From positions 77,128,001 through 77,192,000 of the forward strand of contig OX597817.1 of NCBI GenBank assembly GCA_951406725.2: a stretch of 64,000 bases of DNA, in the 5' to 3' direction. The DNA is from Octopus vulgaris (Eukaryota). Made by a program: the position numbers and the translations under genes. The notes below the pieces were generated by a model, which saw only the letters and a program-made list of their open reading frames with translations, searched no databases and was not told where the DNA came from. Positions 54,114-64,000 of this stretch are shown piece by piece (position 1 is the stretch's first letter; each line of letters starts with the position of its first letter).

Positions 54114-54720
54114 TTAACCAATTCAGATGACCAGAAGCCCTCAACAGCTGTCATAACAAAAATAAAAGAGCCTTGCGGCTTGGTTAGTAGCCAGCTTGAA
54201 TTCTCCAACTGAAAAAAACTTAAACAAATCCTAAAAAAAACACATGCATACATATACACATTGTACATCTGACAATAATAGCAGAGGAACACCAAAGCGA
54301 GAACTTGAATGAAAACCGGAAAATATCTATTCTAATAAGAGCAATAATCTGATGCAAACACAACAGACCAAATATTGTGCTATAGGACAGAGAAGAATAG
54401 TCCTGCACTATCGTAGGGGTCAGCTTTCCAGCGGATGTTAATGTCTTGACTAAATTTGCAGTAAAAGAGAACATTTATGATGAACTAATACAGAACATAC
54501 AGCTCTTCTCTCTAGCTTATTGATTGTCATTTGTATATATTGTCTAAGGTGCAGTGGGCTGTATAACAAAGGATTTACATAAAAGATTTCAATGTTGGGC
54601 TTTTTTTTTTAAGACGGAACAAAGCAAACTGACTCACATCCTTTAAACCCAATCGATTAGTGAAACAGTGAATATTTGTAAAACATTCCAAAGGTGCTGC
54701 ATTCAATTTTCCAGGAATGA

Positions 54721-54770
<50 letters not shown>

Positions 54771-54806
54771 GCAGTCACCTGTGACATATGGCACACACAC
54801 ATGCAT

Positions 54807-54848
<42 letters not shown>

Positions 54849-54849
54849 T

Positions 54850-55005
54850 GGGCTTCTTTCAGTTTCCATCTACCAAATCCACTCACAAGGCTTTGGTCGA
54901 CCAAAGACTATAGTAGAAGAAACTTGCCCAAGGTCTCACGCAGTGGGACTGAACCTGGAACCATGAGGTTAGTTAGCAAGCTACTTACCACACAGCCACT
55001 CCTAC
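54850..55005 (-). mobile_element. SINE family B head
   Basis: CTACCAAATCCACTCACAAGGC...CTTGCCCAAGG...CTTACCACACAGCCACTCC. Confidence 0.88.
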
Positions 55006-55124
55006 CCATGCCAGCATAGAAGGTGGACATTAAAAAAATTATATGTATATATATATAGTTTAAAGATCCAACAGAGGTAGAATCAACAAAAACAAGTATT
55101 TTATCTAGTGAGAGATAAATATCA

Positions 55125-55256
55125 ATATAAATACACAACTGAAAGAAGCTACGAATAGTTTCATGCCTTTATGATACTTGAACAGGCATCTTTATAAAAT
55201 ATGCCTGTTCAAGTATCATAAAAGCATGAAACTATTAGTAGCTCTTTCCGTTGTGC

Positions 55257-55264
<8 letters not shown>
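55125..55264. repeat. Near-perfect 140-bp palindrome built from two HHR 3' halves
   Basis: 22-bp perfect core stem 55168-55189/55201-55222, 11-nt loop, ~65-bp arms; contains GAAACTATTAGTAGC as in the 13896 HHR. Confidence 0.9.
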
Positions 55265-55316
<52 letters not shown>

Positions 55317-55955
55317 GCACAGACGCATACAATATGTATGGGAGATGGGAAAGGATTCAAGAAGATTTAGATTCCTGTATTGATGATATAGACAGTACCT
55401 TATAAAGTCTTTATACCATATTTATATGATATGTTGAGTGATAAACGGAAAAATAACTACAAAATATATCATAATTATTCTTCCAAATAGCATTGTAAAG
55501 ATGATTCTATTGTCCACATACAGTTTTCCAGTTCATATAAATATAAAATGAAACCAGCTAATGAGGTTTCTACCTTTGAATTTGATTAAATTTTGATAGG
55601 ACACCAATTTACAGGTTTATCAGTTAATCTTATTTTGAAGTTCCATAGCCTGTATAAGCTTGTGCATAAAATTTATAAACGTACATACATTTTGTCACAA
55701 CAACAAAGACCACAGTAAGTGTTTGTGTTCTCTTTTTTTTTATGTCAGTCTAAGAGCTTGTTAGTGGTGTATGCAAACTAATATAGAACTTGCTTAGTAA
55801 ATTGTCTAATGCTTCTTTGAATTTAATTCAGTTTCTGCACATTGTTAGCTGAGGGGAGTTTTTTTCAGTGTATTTACTTACTTAAAAAAAATGTCCATTT
55901 TTTTTTACTATGTTCATTTATTTTTATGATTTTATTCTTTTATTCTTTTACATGT

Positions 55956-57040
55956 TGTGTTTGAGGGAATACGATCCAGCTCAGCCAAAGTCAGTAGTGG
56001 TGTCCCACAAGGTACTGTGTTGGGTCCACTCCTCTTCATTATTAACATCAACGACGTAGTAGATGTCATGAAACATTCTACATTGAAAATCTTTGCAGAG
56101 CATTCTAAACTGAAAAAGCCATAAACAGCATGAGAGACTGAACATGCCTTCAGTCAGATCTGTTTGCTATTGTCCAATGGGCAGAAAAAAACAATATACT
56201 TTTAAATGAAGGTAAGTTTGATTTGATCCACTTTGGAATAGAGGAAACTCTGAAATTACCATATGCTCTTCCCTTGGGTGACTCCCTAGTGTCATCCTAC
56301 AACACCAGAGAACTTGGAGTAATTGTTGATAACAATCTAAGCTGGAGTTCCCACATAAACAGCAAGATTGACTTGGCCCGCAAGATGTGCTGGATTCTGA
56401 AAACTTTCCGGTCTAGAGATGCCTATACCATCATCCTTTGCTACTCTAATTTTTCCCAACCCCCAACTTGAATACTGTTACCCACTATGGTCCTCTCCCC
56501 ACCATACGAAGTAACTCATTAGGAAAGTGAAAGCACTCCAGAGGTCAATGACAAGAAAGATAGACGGCATGAGACGCATTGATTATTGGGGTCGACTAAA
56601 AAAACTCAATCTCTGTTCTCTCCAATGCCACCAGGAGCACTACATCATTTTTGTTATGTTGTAAATATTCCATCAATATTGCACAAATGATGTTCGCTTC
56701 AATTTTAAAATCCATCCAAGACTTGGCCCCTGAGCTATCCACCCACTACAAAAATCAAACTTGGGACACACAGCAACATTACATCACAATTATTTTACCT
56801 CAACCAGTCCAGCTCTCTTTAATACCATGTCAAAACGGAAACAGATCCCATAAAATTCAAATGTTCATGTACAAATTTCTTCAAAAATTCCCGGACCAAC
56901 CTCCTACACTAGTCTACAACAATAATAACTCTTTGCTAGAGTGGGTCATGGTGACCCATATATGAGTAAAAGATTTCACCAGGTGGTGCTTTTGAGTTAG
57001 ACTTGGCCTGGGCCTATACTGGCCAAAACCTATCAAAGTT
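55956..57040 (+). mobile_element. Decayed CR1/Jockey-group LINE, RT and 3' end
   Basis: Frame from 55999 reads GVPQGTVLGPLLFIININD...KIFAEH (FADD catalytic motif mutated, 56092-56103); later ELGVIVDNNLSWSSHI and NNNSLLEW; stops and frameshifts; ends in (TA)n. Confidence 0.9.
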
Positions 57041-57077
57041 ATGTATGTATATATGTATAACATACATATATATATAT

Positions 57078-57132
<55 letters not shown>

Positions 57133-57384
57133 TATATGTATATATATTTATATATATATATATATGCATATTTATGTATATGTATGTATGTATATATATG
57201 TGTTTATATATACATGTGTATATGTATATATATATATATTTATAAACAAATATACATGTGTATATGCATTTATATATATATGTGTGTGTGTGTGTATACA
57301 TCGTATATGTATGGAATTGTACATGTGTACACCGTGTACCTATATGTAAATAACAGATTGTATTGTATTGTATTAATGATCTTG

Positions 57385-57470
<86 letters not shown>

Positions 57471-57822
57471 ACACACATGTATAGGTAATGTATATGTCTA
57501 TATGTAGCAACATGTGTGGAAGTGAAATGTCTAAGTGGTGATAAAGAGAGTGAGAGAGAGAGAGAAATGAAGAGCAAGAGTGCAGGAATGGTTTTTAAAG
57601 TAGTGTATTTAAGAGAGGAGGTGATACATGACAGAGTGTATGAGAGCACACATGTACTTAGGTTATGAGACATACTACGAGTGTGGTATCATGTGTGATT
57701 TTTGTTTCTTTTTAGGTGATTGAGGTGGTGAGATGAGGCACTGGTGTTTATTTCAGTTTGTGTGTGTGTGTGTTTGTGTGAGTAGGTTCGTGTAAGTCTG
57801 TGTCAGTTAATGTGTGCATGTC

Positions 57823-57869
<47 letters not shown>

Positions 57870-58014
57870 TTGTATGTCCATGTCTGTCTGTACATTGTTG
57901 TAGTACTACAAACTAATGCATGAAGTAAGTTTAGGTCAAGGATATCAACAGCGGTAGTAAGAGAAAAGAGTAAATTAGATAAATAGATAGATATATAGAT
58001 AGAGAGAGAAAGAA

Positions 58015-58065
<51 letters not shown>

Positions 58066-58209
58066 CAGAGACAATGAGAACTAAAGGGAGGGACAGACTG
58101 ATAAACAACAGCTTACATACACTTATATCTATATATCTAAGTAAAATTATCTATATATATATATATATATGCATATATATATATGCATATATATATATAT
58201 ATATATATA

Positions 58210-58247
<38 letters not shown>

Positions 58248-58275
58248 TATATATATATGCATATATATATATATA

Positions 58276-58321
<46 letters not shown>

Positions 58322-58466
58322 TGCATATATATATATACCTATTTATATATTTCTATTTATATACATATATGTATATATATGCATATATATATATATATAT
58401 ATATACCTATTTATATATTTCTATTTCTATATATATATGTTTCTATTTCTATATATATATATATAT

Positions 58467-58546
<80 letters not shown>

Positions 58547-59013
58547 AGAATGAAGGGGATTGAGAATGAGAGTGAGAGATAGACAGACTGATGCACAGAC
58601 AACTTGCACACACGAACATATGCATAAATGTATATACACACACACACACACATACACACACACATGCACATATACATGCAGAGATAGGAAGAGAGAGAGA
58701 AAAGAGAGAGAGAGAGAGAGATGAAGAGGGTGTGTAGAAGAAATGAATAGTACTTAAAGCTTGATACTTTGGTGGAAAAAATAAACAGGAAATGATGTAG
58801 TAGTGATGATGGTGGTGGCAGTGGTGGTGGTGGTGGTGGTGGTAGTAAAAGTGGTTGCAGTAGTGGCAGTTGTTGTGTAATACAGAAAGTAAGAAGTCAG
58901 AGATAACAAGAGAGAGAGAGAGATAGAGAAAGAGATAGAGAGAGAGAGAGAGAGAATGAGGAAGAATGTGAGGAGTGATTGGAAAATGTGATAAGGGAGA
59001 AAAAGAGTGAAAA

Positions 59014-59065
<52 letters not shown>

Positions 59066-59574
59066 TGTTGTTTAGTACCAGGTCTGCTTTCTTTGAGCAA
59101 ACCATGATCAAATGCATTCCAGCAATGACCATCCCGTCGTTTTTTTTTACTCCTTGTATTTGTTTCGTTCATGGGGGCGGGGACGATGGAGAAGGTGATC
59201 GTGACGGTGGTGGTGGTGGTGGTGGTGGTGGTGAGGGTGGTGGATGTGATGGTTCTGGTGATGGTGATGATGGCAGTGGTGCTGTGGTGGTGGTGGTGGA
59301 GAAGGCGGATATGCAATGATGGTTGGTGGGGTGATCATTTATTCAAGTCTACGTTTTCCATATCATTTTCAAAAAAAAAAATGATGTTTTAAATTAATTT
59401 TAATTGAAAAAGGTTATTTTTTCAGTAGGTCAAGCAACCGCAAAAGGGGGTGGGGTGGGGGTGGGAAAAAAAGGCTTCTTTGTCAACTGGAAATAAATAA
59501 TGTGGCTGGCGAGTGGTTGAAGCGGGAAGTTGGGCACTGGTGTTAAAGTAAGGGACACAAGAGAGAATTTTAAG

Positions 59575-59965
59575 TGAGGTGGAAGAAGAAGAAAAAGAAG
59601 AAGAAGAAGAAGAAGAAGAAGAAGAAGAAGAAGAAGAAGAAGAAGAAGAAGAAGAAGAAGAAGAAGAAGAAGAAGAAGAAGACGAAGAAGAAGATGGAAG
59701 AGGCAGAAGAGGAGGAGGATGAAGATGAGGGTGAAGGGGAGGAGCTGGAGGAGGAAGAAGAGGAAAAGAAGGGAGGAAAATGATGGAAATGAAGGAGGAG
59801 GAGGAAGGAGGGACCAAAGAGAACAAAGAAGAAGAGGTGGTGGAGGAGGAGAAAAAGAAGAGAAGAAAAGGTGGAAATGAAGAAGGAAGAGGAGAGAAAG
59901 AAGTGGAGGTGAAGGAAAAGGAGGAGAAGAAGAAGAAGAAAAAGAAGAAGAAGAAGAAGAGAGGG
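59575..59965 (+). repeat. (GAA)n microsatellite and polypurine tract
   Basis: ~100 bp of nearly pure GAA at 59582-59695 followed by GAG/GAA-rich sequence; source of poly-K/E/S/L ORFs. Confidence 0.95.
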
Positions 59966-60289
59966 AGGTTGAGGACAAAGAGTAACATGATAAAAGAGTG
60001 GTAGTGAGAGTTTTTTGAAAGGAAGAAAGAAAAGAAAGACCAGAGAGTGAAGAATAATTGAGGCAAAGAAACAGGTGGTGGCCTGGAAGCGGATGAGTGT
60101 ATATTTAAGAAGAAGAAAAATACAGCATTTCTTAAATAAACTGAAGAATGCGAGAGAGTGTGTGTAGACTTAGGGAGGAATGGATGTAGATAATAAGACA
60201 AGATGATTGCGAATGACATAAAAGGAGAGAGAAACAGAGGGATGTGTGTGTATGTGTCTTTGTGTATGTGTGTGTGTGTGTTTGTGTGT

Positions 60290-60660
60290 TCTTTTATTTT
60301 TTATTTGTTTTAGTCATTGGAGGAGATGGAGGGGTTTAATTGGACAAATTAATGACACTAGTACTAATTTTTATTCTGTCAGTCGATTTTGCTGAACTGC
60401 TAAGTTATGGCGATGTAAACGAACCAATACTGGTTGTCAAGTGGCAGCAGAGGTGGGATACAAATGCAAACAGACACACATACACATACATATACACATA
60501 TACCTATATATACACATGGCCTCTTCCAGTTTCTGCCTACCAAATCCACTCACAAGGCTAGAGTGAGGGCTTTAAAAGGAGACTCTTGATTAAGGTACCA
60601 TGCAGTAGGACTAAATCCCAAACTTAAGAAGCAAGCAACTTGCCATGTAGCCACATCTAC
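60290..60660 (-). mobile_element. SINE family B, degraded
   Basis: GCTGAACTGCTAAGTTATGG, CTACCAAATCCACTCACAAGGC. Confidence 0.75.
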
Positions 60661-60662
60661 CC

Positions 60663-60706
<44 letters not shown>

Positions 60707-60796
60707 TATACACATATATTTGATAAAGGTTGATAAAAGCAATGGGATTATTCAAAGAGAAACAGAAAGGAATAAGATGATTCAGAAGGAGATATA

Positions 60797-60849
<53 letters not shown>

Positions 60850-60850
<1 letters not shown>

Positions 60851-61343
60851 CCTTTCTACTATAGGCAAAAGGCCTGAAAATCTTTTTGGGGTGGGTGGGG
60901 TGGGTGGAGCAGTTGATTTGATAGACTCCCGTATGCAACTGGTACCTAATTTATGGACCCTGAATGAATGAAAAGCAAAGTCGACCTCGGTGGAATTTGA
61001 ACCCAGGATGTAAAGATGGACAAAATACCGCTAAGCATTTTGCCTGGCGTTCTAAGGTTTCTGCTAGATCGCAGCCTTCATCATCAATAATACTAATAAT
61101 AATAACCCTTCCTACTGAAGGTACAAGGCTTGAAATCTGAGGGGACGGGACTAGTCAATTACATTGTTGTCCCCAGTGTTTGACTACTTACTTCATTGAC
61201 TCTGAAAGGATGAAAATCAAAGTTGACCTCAGCAGAATCTGAACACAGGATGTGAAGATGGGCGAAATACCACGAAGCATTTTGCCAAAGTGTGCTAACA
61301 ATTCTGCCAGCTAATAATAATAGTAATAATAATAATAATGATG

Positions 61344-61385
<42 letters not shown>

Positions 61386-61915
61386 GTAATAATCATCATC
61401 ATCATCGTCATCATCGTTTAGCGTCCGCTTTCCATGCTGGCATGGGTTGGACGGTTCAACTGGAGTCTGGGAAGCCAGAAGGTTGCAACAGGCCCAGTCT
61501 GATCTGGCAATGTTTCTATGGCTGGATGCCCTTCCTAACGCCAACCACTCTGTGAGTGTAGTAGGTGCTTTTTACGTGCCACACGCACAGGTGCCAGACG
61601 AGTCTGGCAAACGGCCACGATCGGATGGTGCTTTTTACATGCCACCGGCACGAGGCCAAATAATGATAATAATAATAATAATAATAATGATAATAATCTT
61701 TTCTACTATAGGCACAAGGCCTGAAATTTTGGCGGGAGGTGACCAGTCGATTTACATCGACCTTAGTGTTTCACTGGTACTTATTTTACCGACTCTGAAA
61801 GGGTGAAAGGTAAAGTCGACATTGGCAGAATTTGAACTCAGAACATAGCGACAAGCGAAATACCGCTAAGCATTTTGTCCAGTATTTTGTCCATTTTGTC
61901 CAATGACTTTGCCAG
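60850..61915 (-). mobile_element. SINE cluster: A 60850-61080, A 61105-61312, C 61394-61660, A 61697-61915, separated by (AAT)n
   Basis: Repeated AAAGTCGACCTCGG..GAATTTGAAC motifs; family C tail CATCATCGTTTAGCGTCCGCTTTCCATGC. Confidence 0.85.
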
Positions 61916-62531
61916 CTTAAATGAGAATTAAAGCATACACTGACAAGATTTGAACTCAATCTGTAAGGGCCACTCTGGCAATTTTACAGTATCTACACAA
62001 ATAATAATAATAATAATAATAATCACAACAACAGAACTAAGAGAGAGAAAGAGAATGAGAAAAAGAGAGAGAGCCAGGGTTGAGGTTTAGAAGAATGAGA
62101 TGAAGATTAATGTGAATGATGTTAAATAGTAATAAAAAAAAAAAGCTTCATAGGAAGCTGCGCTGGGTGGTTGTTGACAGAAGAGAAAAAGGGTGTTGTC
62201 CTCCTACTGGTAGGACTAGAGAGAAAGAAGAAGGAAAAAAGAAATATAAAGTACTCTGGGTTGTTAATAAGGTTACTGTGTATATGGAACTCTCCCGGCT
62301 ACAAAAATACTGGTGTGTGTGTGTGTGTGCATGTGTGTGTGTATATATATATATATGTGTGTGTGTAGAGAGAGAGAAATAGAGAGATGTATATCAGAGC
62401 ATTCATATGTATAAATATGTAATAACATACATACACACATTCATACATACATGAATACATATATATACACGCGCACACACATATACTTGCACACATGCAT
62501 ATAATTATATACACATGCATATTTGTAACCA

Positions 62532-62576
<45 letters not shown>

Positions 62577-62580
62577 TATG

Positions 62581-62615
<35 letters not shown>

Positions 62616-62691
62616 TTATGTATGTATATATATATATATAATCATCATCATCATTTAGCGTCCGTTTTCCATGCTATGTATATATATATAT

Positions 62692-62738
<47 letters not shown>

Positions 62739-63109
62739 CACACATAAACATATACACATGTGTTCATGTGGGAAGGGTTGCATGTATGTATGTACATACG
62801 TGTAAAAGAGATTATAAGTGTCAAGAACAGAGCCGAGAGATCTACATCAACTGCATATCAGAGCTTATGTGCGTGCATATACACACACACACAAGCACAC
62901 AGAGACATGCATATGTGCAGACATGTATTCTGTTTGTTTGTCGTATTGTCTGCAAGCCCACCATGCACCCGGTATGAATTATGTGTCTGCCTGGATGCTG
63001 TATAATGAACGTGATATGGAGTTCTCTGATGTGTTGTGATGAATACTGTTTTGTTGTTGTTGCTGGTGTAGTGTTATAGCTTGTGTATTTTTTTAAATTT
63101 TTTTTTGTT

Positions 63110-64000
63110 TCCTCTCTGGTCAGACCCCAGTTGAACAAATCTATGATCAAAGACATTTGGCGGCGAGTTGGCAGGAACTTTAGCACGCCGGGCGAAATGC
63201 TTAGTGGTATTTTGTCTGCCGTTACGTTGTGAGTTCAAATTCCACCGAGGTCGACTTTGCCTTTCATCCTTTTGGGGTCGATAAATTAAGTACCAGTTAC
63301 ACACTGGGGTCGATGTAATCGACTTAATACCTATGTCTGTCCTTGTTTATAAAGAAATATATGATCAAAGACTTTTCCTGAAATGAACCACTTTACCATT
63401 TTTTCAAACATTACATATTTAGGTCTACGTAATGGCAACCCAAAACAATACATCCCTCTCTTTTCCAAGACAGTAAATTGTGGTACTATTTGAAGGATAT
63501 TTGGTTACTATTATATTGTTTTTGCTAGTCTTCTTGTGTAGCTCCTGGTAGCTTTATGCTCAACTAAGCAAATCTATGATCAAAAACATTCCAAAAATGA
63601 CCATTCTTTCAATCTCTCTTGTATTACTTATCTGGGACTACCTAATACAATAAATTTCAGAATAATCTGAGGGAGATTTAGCTGCTCCTGATTTTGCTGA
63701 TGTGTAGATCCTGGTCAGTAATCAACTAAATAGATCTATGATCAAAGTCGTTCCAGAAATGACCATTCCATTGTTCTCTCAAGCATCATATATCTAGAAC
63801 TATCTAATGCAATAAGTTCTTCTCTCTTGCAGTAGGGTATAATCTGTTTTTCTTGCTCTTGTTCTGTATCTCCTCGTCAGTCTTCAACTAAGCAGAGCTG
63901 TCACGATTTCCTCTTCCACATACACATTTTGTACCTCCTCCATCAAAGCCTCCAGAAATGACCATTCCATCATTCACTTGGGCATTACATATCTAGGACT
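63110..64000 (+). repeat. Tandem array (at least 4 units of ~165-240 bp) of the TATGATCAAA...CCAGAAATGACCATTCC repeat, running off the window
   Basis: Anchors near 63140, 63573, 63735 and 63942, with CAACTAA upstream and ATATCTAG/ATCTGGGACT downstream. Confidence 0.8.
63159..63359 (+). mobile_element. Young SINE family A with 17-bp TSD
   Basis: GGCGGCGAGTTGGCAGG head with CpGs retained; TATGATCAAAGACATTT (63142-63158) and TATGATCAAAGACTTTT (63360-63376). Confidence 0.92.

Noticed and set aside
54476-54560. Box C-like ATGATGA (possible C/D snoRNA)
   Set aside because: No box D CTGA or terminal stem at a suitable distance
59422-60219. 265-aa Ser/Phe-rich ORF and overlapping poly-K/L/E ORFs
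   Set aside because: Translations of the (GAA)n polypurine tract

Overview
AT-rich eukaryotic DNA saturated with microsatellites ((TA)n, (CA)n, (GA)n, (ATT)n, (GAT)n, (GGT)n, (GAA)n). The repeat families look like those of an octopus/coleoid cephalopod genome (inference). No host protein-coding gene can be supported: nearly all listed ORFs are translations of simple repeats or SINEs, so the window is probably intergenic or inside a large intron. Recognisable content: four SINE-like families (my labels A-D, dozens of copies), a 5'-truncated RTE-type LINE inserted into a SINE, a decayed CR1/Jockey-group RT, nested piggyBac-like MITEs, a hAT-like MITE, a Helentron/HINE-like element and two arrays of a dispersed repeat. 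The most notable signal is about a dozen short elements, from several unrelated families and mostly inside (TA)n tracts, that carry minimal type I hammerhead ribozyme (HHR) motifs with palindromic stem III. Three have intact cores (2652-2715, 13896-13952, 27225-27269). At five loci the HHR segment is duplicated in inverted orientation, giving long hairpins. This architecture fits Penelope-like element pseudo-LTRs or retrozyme-like elements. All calls were made by eye; repeat boundaries are approximate (about +/-10-20 nt).
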